From IMG/VR virus record IMGVR_UViG_3300014613_000088, positions 1 to 27,654 of that record: 27,654 nt of DNA, one strand, 5' to 3'. Origin of the DNA: a virus (taxonomy: Duplodnaviria; Caudoviricetes). Positions within the stretch are counted from its first letter, which is position 1. Each line of letters begins with the position of its first letter. A model generated the notes under the pieces. It was not told the DNA's origin, did no database searches, and was given only the letters and a program-made list of their open reading frames with translations. Positions 9,115 to 16,373 of the stretch are shown here, in pieces. The position numbers and the translations under genes are program-made.

Positions 9115-9411
9115 TTATCTTTGAGACTGATTGGCCGGCACTGGTGCGCCAAAGATGTACTTTCCGCCGCGCCGAGATTGCGTCCAGTAAAGCATCCAGA
9201 ACAACTTATTGTCTTGCATGGCGGCGATGATTTCCTCGTTGCCGCTCCAGCCGCCGGTGGCGATGGCATAGACTGGGCCTGTTTGGACCCAATACCGGCC
9301 ATACCCGGCATATGTCCAAATGTCGTAGATGTATGCCATCAGGCCGGCAATGTCGCGGCCGGGCCAGGTGCGGATGGTTTCAAGTGCGACTTCAGTTGGG
9401 TAATCAGCCAT
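9115..9411 (-). CDS. Hypothetical phage protein
   Basis: 98 aa, AAGGGA RBS, contains ATGGWSGNEEII. Confidence 0.75.
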   Translation of the reverse strand: MADYPTEVALETIRTWPGRDIAGLMAYIYDIWTYAGYGRYWVQTGPVYAIATGGWSGNEEIIAAMQDNKLFWMLYWTQSRRGGKYIFGAPVPANQSQR

Positions 9412-9432
9412 AATATAGTCCCTTCAACCGGT

Positions 9433-9470
9433 AAAACAAAACGTCCGACCGTGTTACTGGTCGGACGTTT
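9433..9470 (-). terminator. Rho-independent terminator
   Basis: 12-bp perfect stem AAACGTCCGACC/GGTCGGACGTTT followed by TGTTTT on minus strand. Confidence 0.7.
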
Positions 9471-9720
9471 GGGACGCGGCGAGCGCGGCTTGCAGGTAGG
9501 CTATCACCGGCGCAAGCTCAAAGGAATCAATGAGAATGGAAGATTGATCTGATAAGCTGTACAGTCTGATGTTCTGAGTAGCAGCTGTAAAGCCACACAA
9601 GTCTTCGGTGATATGGTCCAGTTTATCAGGGCGTGTAGTGGGCAAAACAAAACTCCTGTACTCTGACCGGTAGTCGATGTAGCCGATAAGCAGCGGATGT
9701 GTCTGGGCGACACAAGGCAT
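9454..9720 (-). CDS. Hypothetical protein
   Basis: 88 aa, GGGAG upstream, ends in terminator hairpin. Confidence 0.5.
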   Translation of the reverse strand: MPCVAQTHPLLIGYIDYRSEYRSFVLPTTRPDKLDHITEDLCGFTAATQNIRLYSLSDQSSILIDSFELAPVIAYLQAALAASQTSDQ

Positions 9721-9837
9721 TCATCGGCTCCCGGTCAAAACACAGGAGTTCACGCTGCTTATCAACTTTCTCTCTTAGTTGTTGCGCATCGCCTCCGCCG
9801 GTTTCCCAGTCCGGCCTCGTCAGTTCAACGCAACTAC

Positions 9838-9866
9838 ATTCTAGCATGGTTCCGATTTTTTGTCAA
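9838..9866 (-). promoter_or_regulatory. Sigma70-type promoter
   Basis: TTGACA-17 nt-TAGAAT with extended TG. Confidence 0.7.
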
Positions 9867-9894
9867 GTGCAATACCCAAACTCGTGGTACCAGT

Positions 9895-10152
9895 TTACGC
9901 CGGCTCCTGGATGACCAGGACATTGGCCTCACGCGCATAGCCCATGCGAATGGTTTCGGCATTGTCCTGGCTACGGAAGAGCTTCAGGTGGACGTTTTCA
10001 AACCATGAATCGACGCGGTCATGCCTTCTAATTACAGCGCCATGCTTACTGATTAAGACCCGCATAGTTATCGGAGCAGCTTGGAGATACATGACCCTAA
10101 AGTCTGCCCGTAGGTCGAATGCGCGTTGCGCCTCGGCGCCGAATCTGAACAT
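9895..10152 (-). CDS. Hypothetical protein
   Basis: MFRFGAEAQ... just after upstream stop; start uncertain. Confidence 0.5.
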   Translation of the reverse strand: MFRFGAEAQRAFDLRADFRVMYLQAAPITMRVLISKHGAVIRRHDRVDSWFENVHLKLFRSQDNAETIRMGYAREANVLVIQEPA

Positions 10153-10159
10153 GTCAAGC

Positions 10160-10477
10160 TTATCCACTTGATTGCTCCAGGTTGTCAGATTTCTGTTCCT
10201 CGAATGTGAGCCACCAAGCTCCTCGACCTTCATGTTGCCAGACAATGCGAGTTGGGCTGACCTCTACGACGCGATGACGTGTTAGCTCCACGCTGCAAAA
10301 TCGCCCATCACTAGTAATATACCCGCTGATTTGCACATCCATGTCCCTCACTCCACGCACCCGTGGGGTGTACCCTAACGAGTGTATGAATTCCTGGTTC
10401 ATCTGGTTTAGTTGAACCTCGACCATCCCCAGGCATTTTACGTCTCTAGGTGAGTACTCCAGCGACGTGATAATCAT
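10160..10477 (-). CDS. Hypothetical protein
   Basis: 105 aa ORF overlapping the RHH gene 3' end. Confidence 0.6.
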   Translation of the reverse strand: MIITSLEYSPRDVKCLGMVEVQLNQMNQEFIHSLGYTPRVRGVRDMDVQISGYITSDGRFCSVELTRHRVVEVSPTRIVWQHEGRGAWWLTFEEQKSDNLEQSSG

Positions 10478-10613
10478 TGACTTGTTCGGCTTCAGCCAAT
10501 TTACGCACAGCCAATTCTATGATCCCGGCGCGACTCAAACCCAACTTGGCGGCCAAGAGCACCAGCAGACGTTTACATTCAATTGAGAGTGAGTGGGAAG
10601 TGCGTTCTTTCAT
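10446..10613 (-). CDS. Small ribbon-helix-helix DNA-binding protein
   Basis: MKERTSHSLSIECKRLLVLLAAKLGLSRAGIIELAVRKLAE; paralog of 8316-8477. Confidence 0.85.
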   Translation of the reverse strand: MKERTSHSLSIECKRLLVLLAAKLGLSRAGIIELAVRKLAEAEQVNDYHVAGVLT

Positions 10614-10619
10614 AGGCGC

Positions 10620-10648
10620 ATTGTACAACAGAATGACGTACTTGTCAA
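10620..10648 (-). promoter_or_regulatory. Promoter, leaderless RHH transcript
   Basis: TTGACA-17 nt-TACAAT, ATG 6 nt downstream. Confidence 0.75.
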
Positions 10649-10679
10649 ATTTCACTCTTGCCATCTTTGGCCCATAGTT

Positions 10680-10850
10680 GGCTAGTCGGCTGTTGGGTGG
10701 AGAGCCAGGTCGCTCGACTGTACTGTGCGGCCCGATAGTGGTTGCAGCTACCGCCTGAAGTCGGGATTGACTGCCTGCTGCTACACGCCCAGCCATACGG
10801 CTCTGAGTGCCGGGTCGCCCTCGCTGTCTCCACCCAACAGCCGACTAGCC
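10680..10850. repeat. Perfect 24-bp inverted repeat enclosing 123 nt of structured sequence
   Basis: GGCTAGTCGGCTGTTGGGTGGAGA (10680-10703) / TCTCCACCCAACAGCCGACTAGCC (10827-10850). Confidence 0.95.
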
Positions 10851-10854
10851 TCTG

Positions 10855-11148
10855 TCATGCTTTCCTTGAATTTCCCGGCGCGATGGCAGCGCCCTGCCGA
10901 TTCCAAGCCGTACGCACAGCAGCGTATACCCACAGCGGCACGTAGGCCGGGCCGTCGCGACGGTCAACGACCAGCACCAAGCCCTGGTCAGCGGCGACTG
11001 CCAGCACGGCGCGCATGTTGCTGGCCGCGGATAGGCTCATGCTAGCGGCCAGTTCGCGCAATGACGGCGGGCAGCAGTTTTCCGCCCAGTAACAATCGAG
11101 GGCGGCTAACACTCGATCCAGACGGGCAGGGCTGACGTGGTGTTTCAC
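10855..11148 (-). CDS. LexA-like winged-helix DNA-binding protein (no peptidase domain)
   Basis: YWAENCCPPSLRELAASMSLSAASNMRAVL..QGLV; GTGA overlap start. Confidence 0.7.
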   Translation of the reverse strand: MKHHVSPARLDRVLAALDCYWAENCCPPSLRELAASMSLSAASNMRAVLAVAADQGLVLVVDRRDGPAYVPLWVYAAVRTAWNRQGAAIAPGNSRKA

Positions 11149-11288
11149 GGGCGGAAGTGGGCGGATAGTCTCCGAATTACCCCTTGGATAGCCGCCAGAA
11201 TCAGCATGAAGACAAACGGCGTGAGCACCCCAAGCGCCCAGCCGAACAGAACGCTCGTCCAATAAAAGTGAATCGTGATCTCGCTCAT
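11145..11288 (-). CDS. Small single-pass membrane protein
   Basis: AAAGGA RBS; hydrophobic VLFGWALGVLTPFVFMLILAAI. Confidence 0.65.
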   Translation of the reverse strand: MSEITIHFYWTSVLFGWALGVLTPFVFMLILAAIQGVIRRLSAHFRP

Positions 11289-11317
11289 GGTTCCTTTCCT
11301 TTCTTGAATAGAGGCCG

Positions 11318-11659
11318 TTAGCGCCAGGCCGTCAATTGCAAGCCTCCGGCACAGTCGAAAGTCGCGGTCTGCTCGCGACCCTCTAGCAACCGTTTCACAG
11401 CCGGCAATTGCAGGTCCTGCGCACTGAACAAGTAGCGGGCTCCCTGCGTCGGGTCCGCTACGCCTTTCCAGGTTAGCGCCACTTCCCAATCCAGGTCGCT
11501 TGGCTCAGCGTTACCGTACCAGCCGACCGCAACGGCACCGCGTGTCGCGTGCACATGGGCGACCGCAGATTTACCATCCATGCCGCAAGTGCCAGCTTCA
11601 CCGGCAACCAGGTGGGCCAACAGCGAGGCCAACACCCACATGCGTTCCAGGTCGATCAT
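11318..11659 (-). CDS. Compact SleB-like cell wall hydrolase (Hydrolase_2-like)
   Basis: LAHLVAGEAG..GKSAVAHV and DPTQGARYLFS motifs. Confidence 0.65.
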   Translation of the reverse strand: MIDLERMWVLASLLAHLVAGEAGTCGMDGKSAVAHVHATRGAVAVGWYGNAEPSDLDWEVALTWKGVADPTQGARYLFSAQDLQLPAVKRLLEGREQTATFDCAGGLQLTAWR

Positions 11660-12201
11660 TCGAGTGATCCTTGACCCATCAACGCGATGACCTGCGCGTC
11701 GATTATGGCTTTGAGGTCTTCTGCCGCTTGGCGTACATCGCCACCGTTGGCGGCCAGGATCGCCAGCCGCCCGCGGATATGACCGGGGACAACCCGCTCC
11801 AAATAGGTTTGTGCTCGTGCCTGCGCACGTGGGGAATGCACGTCGGCAAAGCCGGGCAGGTACGGGTAATCGGTTTCCGCTGTAGCCGATGCCGGATCTA
11901 GCCCGATGAAGTCTGGCGTTAGCGTCGGACCGCCCGGAGTCTCCAGGACTGACTTGCCCCGCAGGTGTCGCCAGCGGATAGCCTGCATCGCGCTAGTTTG
12001 GAGCAGGTTCGGCCAGGGCGGCAAAAGATCATCTCCGGCCAGACCCCGCGCTTGCCAAACTAGCACCCGCCGGGCGACTTTGGCCGGTGGATGGCCCTGG
12101 ACAAGCAGGGTTCGCACGTCGGTCGCGTTGCGCAACTGGCGGGGTTCCCACGGATCAACCCAGTCTGAAATGTCCACCATGATGCACAGTGGCTTAGACA
12201 T
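11656..12201 (-). CDS. Hypothetical protein
   Basis: GAGG RBS before ATG 12201 (MSKPLCIM...); the longer track ORF runs into the TnpB element end. Confidence 0.7.
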   Translation of the reverse strand: MSKPLCIMVDISDWVDPWEPRQLRNATDVRTLLVQGHPPAKVARRVLVWQARGLAGDDLLPPWPNLLQTSAMQAIRWRHLRGKSVLETPGGPTLTPDFIGLDPASATAETDYPYLPGFADVHSPRAQARAQTYLERVVPGHIRGRLAILAANGGDVRQAAEDLKAIIDAQVIALMGQGSLE

Positions 12202-12253
12202 GCGACGCCTCTTTCGGTGGGGCCGGTCGGAAGCCGTTTGGCCGATTGATTCG

Positions 12254-12503
12254 ATAGTTACCCATTCCATAGACAACTATGACGTGGGTGTTAACTGAAC
12301 CGGTTGTCCGTTTATAGCTCTCGCAGCCAGTGGCCCGGAACCTGGTTCAGCAGCTACACTACGGGTAGCTGGAAGTCGCTCTTGATACCGTTGCTCCAAA
12401 AGAGACTTCACGGCGCCGAATGGTAGGTGATTCAACTCGTCGTCACCGAAACGTTCGGCGATATTGAGCGCCCCGTTCCAATCAGCGTTACTCTCGAAAT
12501 CGC
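12254..12503 (-). ncRNA. TnpB omega RNA scaffold overlapping tnpB 3' end (guide predicted at 12253-12234)
   Basis: Established position of omega RNA; terminal hairpin ACCCA..CATAG TTGT CTATG..TGGGT; 5' end approximate. Confidence 0.7.
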
Positions 12504-13530
12504 AAGCCAGGCATTTGAACTGGGCTTGCGATGGACGATTCTTGGGATCGACATAGCCACACCGCGAACACTGCTGGCTGGTGTATGCAGGTTGTACAGA
12601 ACGGTAGCGGATGCCGCGTTCATCCAGTTTGAACTTGAGTTTATCACGGGTGTAGCCGAGTTGGGCCGCGGAGAGCCAACGATTCATCATGCGAGACTTG
12701 AAGCGCATGTCCTTGACCGTCAGGCGTTCAAGCGCGACGGCGGACGCGGGGGGCAAGTCATCCAGCATGGTATTCAGGGCACGGCCAATTTCGTTGCGGG
12801 CAAATGCCTGGGCCTTGTGATCGCTCAGGTTAACCGCTGCGAGTCCCTTGCGTTTCAGGCAACGGTTCAACTTTTGCTTGCGGCGGCGCTTGGCAGTGGC
12901 CCGCTCAGTACGCTGGCGCAAGACGGCGCTGACTTCGCCGTAGCTTTGGCCCTCGGAAGTGGCAACGATGCGCTTCATGCCGATGTCCACGCCGATGACC
13001 GTCTTGGTCGCGGGCTTGGCGGTTTTACGTTCTACGACCAGCGTGGCGTACCATTGGGCGCCCCGCTTGGTGAGCGTCACGCCCGTGCAGAGCTTGGGAA
13101 AATCCGCGATGGCTTGGCGCGCTTTGCCGTAGAGCTTTAGTGGAATGCGGACTGGATGCCCAGCGTTGAGCGTTGAGATGCGTAACCAGAAGTCGAAACG
13201 GGGTGTTTCAGACGGCTCCAGGACGATGACGTTGGCGTTGCCTTGGATGCACATGCTATGCAACACGGGCGGCTTGGTACGCTCATTGGCGTACCACGAT
13301 TGCACCGTGCCACACGCCTGTTGCCAGGCGCACCGTTGCCAGCGCACCGAGAGCGGCGTTGTTGCGCCAGGCAGGTCGGCGTACTTGTCAGGCGTCTTGT
13401 CGGCGTTGAAAATCAGCAGGTCGATGTAATTCTGAGTGACGCGCATGTACTCGGCGGCGACGGCATCCAACTGGGTCAACTTACCGGCGTTACCGTCACT
13501 CAGTTTCAGATGCGTAATCGCCTTTTTCAT
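12277..13530 (-). CDS. tnpB: RNA-guided endonuclease TnpB
   Basis: RuvC I VIGVDIG, RuvC II VALERL, Zn finger CSRC..CLAC, RuvC III NADWNGALNI; D-E-D triad intact; 417 aa. Confidence 0.95.
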   Translation of the reverse strand: MKKAITHLKLSDGNAGKLTQLDAVAAEYMRVTQNYIDLLIFNADKTPDKYADLPGATTPLSVRWQRCAWQQACGTVQSWYANERTKPPVLHSMCIQGNANVIVLEPSETPRFDFWLRISTLNAGHPVRIPLKLYGKARQAIADFPKLCTGVTLTKRGAQWYATLVVERKTAKPATKTVIGVDIGMKRIVATSEGQSYGEVSAVLRQRTERATAKRRRKQKLNRCLKRKGLAAVNLSDHKAQAFARNEIGRALNTMLDDLPPASAVALERLTVKDMRFKSRMMNRWLSAAQLGYTRDKLKFKLDERGIRYRSVQPAYTSQQCSRCGYVDPKNRPSQAQFKCLACDFESNADWNGALNIAERFGDDELNHLPFGAVKSLLEQRYQERLPATRSVAAEPGSGPLAARAINGQPVQLTPTS

Positions 13531-13675
13531 CTTGAAGCCTTTTTAGTTCAATAATCGCCAGGCGGTCCATGATCATGACGATGCTTTCGCCAGTGATGGC
13601 ATGAATAAAGCGCAACACCTTGACGGTTTGCGTCCAGATTCTTGTTGATGTGTAGGATGGCGTTTGCTTTCTCAT
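13496..13675 (-). CDS. Small RHH-like DNA-binding protein upstream of tnpB (59 aa, not in ORF track)
   Basis: MRKQTPSYTSTRIWTQTVKVLRFIHAITGESIVMIMDRLAIIELKRL; overlaps tnpB start. Confidence 0.75.
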   Translation of the reverse strand: MRKQTPSYTSTRIWTQTVKVLRFIHAITGESIVMIMDRLAIIELKRLQDEKGDYASETE

Positions 13676-13681
13676 GGTGGC

Positions 13682-13710
13682 AGTTTATCACACAAAGCGT
13701 CGCGTGTCAA
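13682..13710 (-). promoter_or_regulatory. Promoter, leaderless RHH-tnpB transcript
   Basis: TTGACA-17 nt-TAAACT, extended TG, ATG 6 nt downstream. Confidence 0.75.
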
Positions 13711-13727
13711 ATTGCATCTGTCGACTT

Positions 13728-14051
13728 TCATACGCGGCCCATGGCGCTGCGCATGGGCATTTTGTCAATAAACGGGCATGAACTCAATGAAGGAATTCGA
13801 TACCAGGTACGCCGGTAAAACACATAGCTGACACCATTCACCAGCACCGCGGTTTTGTGCACAGCACGGACAGCGTCCACGGCTTCACGCACCGCGGCCG
13901 AGCCGGTCCGTTCCCCGCGGTACACCGGGGCCATTGCTCGCCCGTACTGATCATAGCGAGACGCCAGGACCGGTGCATCTTCCATCGGAATTTCTGAGAC
14001 ACAGATCGATGGTTCACGTTGTGGGGCACGTCTACGTTTAGGCGCGGTCAT
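13728..14051 (-). CDS. Hypothetical protein, C-terminus possibly displaced by the TnpB element
   Basis: AAGGA RBS before MTAPKRRR; overlaps upstream RHH stop. Confidence 0.65.
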   Translation of the reverse strand: MTAPKRRRAPQREPSICVSEIPMEDAPVLASRYDQYGRAMAPVYRGERTGSAAVREAVDAVRAVHKTAVLVNGVSYVFYRRTWYRIPSLSSCPFIDKMPMRSAMGRV

Positions 14052-14226
14052 TGGGCCTGTCCTTCGGCGCGTTACTTGGCGTGCTCTCAGCCAGTAGTTT
14101 GGCGACTGCCAACTCAGCAACCGCTGCCATACTCACGCCCAGGATTGCCGCCAGTAGGCGGACCTTTTGGCGGGTCTCGGTAAATACGCTGATGTGAGTG
14201 CGGGTCTTGAGAATGTATTCGTCCAT
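14038..14226 (-). CDS. Small ribbon-helix-helix DNA-binding protein
   Basis: AGGAGG RBS; RTHISVFTETRQKVRLLAAILGVSMAAVAELAVAKL. Confidence 0.8.
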   Translation of the reverse strand: MDEYILKTRTHISVFTETRQKVRLLAAILGVSMAAVAELAVAKLLAESTPSNAPKDRPNDRA

Positions 14227-14242
14227 AATGCCTCCTATTCGT

Positions 14243-14347
14243 ATTCTATCGCGCTTTTGCATCTTTGTCAAATTTGTATATCGCTATCTCAGCGTTGGGA
14301 GCAATTGCGGTCTAACCCTTGACAAGCACGGCGAATCATGGTAGAGT
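14243..14347. promoter_or_regulatory. Divergent promoter pair at the accessory/late boundary
   Basis: Minus: TTGACA(14271-14266)-17-TAGAAT; plus: TTGACA(14319)-17-TAGAGT(14342) with extended TG. Confidence 0.75.
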
Positions 14348-14399
14348 ACCAGCAACAGTATATTTGCAGGCCATTGCCTGCCGAATCGCCAGAGCCCAG

Positions 14400-14435
14400 A
14401 GCCAGAGCGCATCATGCGTCTCTGGCTTTTTCTTT
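14400..14435 (+). terminator. Terminator-like hairpin in the late-operon leader
   Basis: AGCCAGAG-CGCATCATGCGT-CTCTGGCT then TTTTCTTT, just before the GAGGG RBS. Confidence 0.65.
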
Positions 14436-14444
14436 GAGGGAACC

Positions 14445-15887
14445 ATGCCATACACCAAAACTGAGATTCCCGAACCGGCAAAGGGTATGCCGGAACCCGC
14501 CCAAGCTATCTACCGGGCCGCGTTCAACACCGCCTGGGAGCGGTACGCCGATTTGGATGACACAAAGCGCGAGGCCAAGTGCCATGCAATTGCGCACACG
14601 GCAGTCAAGCGTGCCGGATATGTCCAGGACGCGGAAGGCAAATGGAGTCGCCAGTCCGATGAGGAACTAACTGCCAGCGTGGTAGCAGAGGCTATTGAGT
14701 TGATCGACCGCGCCGAATTGCAAGCCGCGGCCTATCTGGCCGAGGCCAGCGAATTGCCGATAATGGCGAACGACGCCACGCGGCTAGTAACCTTGCACGC
14801 ACTACTAGAAGAGAACGTCAGCGGAGTGGCCGCCGAACGGGTCAGCGCTGTCGAGGTAGCACGAGTTGGCGATTACACTGATGCGCATGGCAAGGAAATC
14901 CACATCACCGAAGCCGACCTGGATATGATGGTCAAAAACTTCACGGCCCAAGCCGCCGGTCAGGATATCCCCATCGACGTGATGCATGAGAAGCGAGAGG
15001 CTGGCGGTTGGCTCAAACGGTTATGGCGGAAAGGCCAACTCCTGATGGCCGAAATCACCTGGAACGGTCTGGGCGCCCGGCTGGTCAGCGATAAGGTCTA
15101 TCGCTACCTGTCCGCCTCCATCGCCATGCCAGCCTGGGTATTGCGGTCCGTCTCCTTGGTTAACTTCCCTGCCATCAAGGGCCTGGCGCCGGTTGAGCTA
15201 TCTGAATGGCTCCTGGCCCAGCCCACACCTGATATAGTGGATCAGCGCGGTAGCCCCCGCGCCCGACATAGCGAACCATCCGTGGTTGCCCGGCAGCGAC
15301 CGCCGCGTGGTTCAGCATTGAAATCTGGAGGTACGAATATGGCTGAGGACACCATCCTGCAGGAAGAGCAGGAACAGCCGCTTGTGGCCGACAATAGTGC
15401 GCAACTTGCCGAGTTCATGGCTGCGTTGGAAAAAGCCAAGGACGAGGCCGTCGCCAAACTAAGCGAGCAAATCGTTTCCGAGATGGCTGAAAAACGCGAG
15501 CAAATGCTGGTTGAGATGCATCAGGCAATCGCTGAGGAACGTGAGTTGAGCGAGTTTGCACTCAACGCCACCGCTACCGGCTCGCACGCGTTGCCGATCA
15601 AACCGGACGAACTGAAGACGGCGCTCAAGGAGTTGCCGAAAGCTCAGCGGCAGAAGATGATCGACTTGCTGACCAAGATCACGCAGGCCGGCACCGTAGA
15701 CCTGGGCGAGATTGGCACTGCGGCCGAGAAGGCGGATAAGCGTCGCCTGGACCCGGAACTGCGCAACGTGCTCAAGCAGCAGATGCGCACGGGTATGACC
15801 GTGGAGACATTCTTCAAAGCGAATCCTGAGCTTGGCGACCAGACACAGTACGACCTGGCCGAGTTCGGGGAGGTGAATCATGGCTGA
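14445..15887 (+). CDS. ChaB domain + Mu-like prohead protease (gpI) + scaffold fusion
   Basis: ChaB-like MPY..PEPAQAIYRAAFNTAW..AHTAVKRAGY; protease IPIDVMHE..AGGWL..YRYLSA..SLVNFPAIKGL; coiled-coil C-terminus. Confidence 0.85.
   Translation: MPYTKTEIPEPAKGMPEPAQAIYRAAFNTAWERYADLDDTKREAKCHAIAHTAVKRAGYVQDAEGKWSRQSDEELTASVVAEAIELIDRAELQAAAYLAEASELPIMANDATRLVTLHALLEENVSGVAAERVSAVEVARVGDYTDAHGKEIHITEADLDMMVKNFTAQAAGQDIPIDVMHEKREAGGWLKRLWRKGQLLMAEITWNGLGARLVSDKVYRYLSASIAMPAWVLRSVSLVNFPAIKGLAPVELSEWLLAQPTPDIVDQRGSPRARHSEPSVVARQRPPRGSALKSGGTNMAEDTILQEEQEQPLVADNSAQLAEFMAALEKAKDEAVAKLSEQIVSEMAEKREQMLVEMHQAIAEERELSEFALNATATGSHALPIKPDELKTALKELPKAQRQKMIDLLTKITQAGTVDLGEIGTAAEKADKRRLDPELRNVLKQQMRTGMTVETFFKANPELGDQTQYDLAEFGEVNHG
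15339..15887 (+). CDS. Probable internally initiated scaffolding protein
   Basis: In-frame ATG with GGAGG RBS (MAEDTILQ...), like Mu I/Z. Confidence 0.65.
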   Translation: MAEDTILQEEQEQPLVADNSAQLAEFMAALEKAKDEAVAKLSEQIVSEMAEKREQMLVEMHQAIAEERELSEFALNATATGSHALPIKPDELKTALKELPKAQRQKMIDLLTKITQAGTVDLGEIGTAAEKADKRRLDPELRNVLKQQMRTGMTVETFFKANPELGDQTQYDLAEFGEVNHG

Positions 15888-16359
15888 TCTCTCTCGTGAC
15901 GGCGGTTACCGACTGGGACCTGGCGAGCACCACATCCGTGAATGGGTGCTCAATAACTCGGTCGCCCAGACGGTCTATAAGCGCCAACCCCTGATCATCG
16001 ATGCCGACGTGGATACCGTGTATCTGGTCGGCTACGTGGATGCCACTGTGCTGACGACTGCTACCGATCTCTTCGTGGGGATTTGTGCCAGTGCGCAGAC
16101 GGCAGTCCTGACAACCGACACTGAAACCGATAACGTAGTGGACGTCATCATGAGCGGACTGGTGGGTTTCCCCACCAGTGCGCTGACGGACGCCAACATC
16201 GGTGACATCGCTTCTATGGCCGACAGTGCAACGGTCGGCGTCGATACCGAGGCCGCGGGCTTCTTGTCCATTGGCCGGATCATGTATGTCGAGGACGGTT
16301 ACGTCTACGTGGCGCTCAACGCGCACGGCGGCGGCGTCCCGACGCACATGTCATTCTAA
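15880..16359 (+). CDS. Head decoration/cement protein
   Basis: GGGAGG RBS; beta-rich 159 aa between scaffold and capsid. Confidence 0.7.
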   Translation: MADLSRDGGYRLGPGEHHIREWVLNNSVAQTVYKRQPLIIDADVDTVYLVGYVDATVLTTATDLFVGICASAQTAVLTTDTETDNVVDVIMSGLVGFPTSALTDANIGDIASMADSATVGVDTEAAGFLSIGRIMYVEDGYVYVALNAHGGGVPTHMSF

Positions 16360-16373
16360 GCGCGAGGTGACCC

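Larger units (their letters stand above)
12254..13763 (-). mobile_element. IS200/IS605-superfamily-derived (IS1341-like) TnpB element without TnpA
   Basis: Right end defined by loss of homology to the second copy after GGGTAACTAT; left end tentative at TTGAC|AAAAT followed by hairpin GCCCATG-8 nt-CATGGGC. Confidence 0.65.

Noticed and set aside
8485-9230. Track ORFs 8485-8826, 8580-8867, 8662-8973 and 8799-9230
   Set aside because: Mutually overlapping, no recognisable motifs or convincing RBS; better explained as structured RNA
9790-9825. Hammerhead-like CTGACGAG plus stem on minus strand
   Set aside because: Stem is followed by GGAG, not GAAA, and stems I and III are not evident
10680-10850. 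Retron msr-msd or tRNA interpretation of the inverted-repeat element
   Set aside because: No reverse transcriptase in the window and no T-loop or cloverleaf consensus
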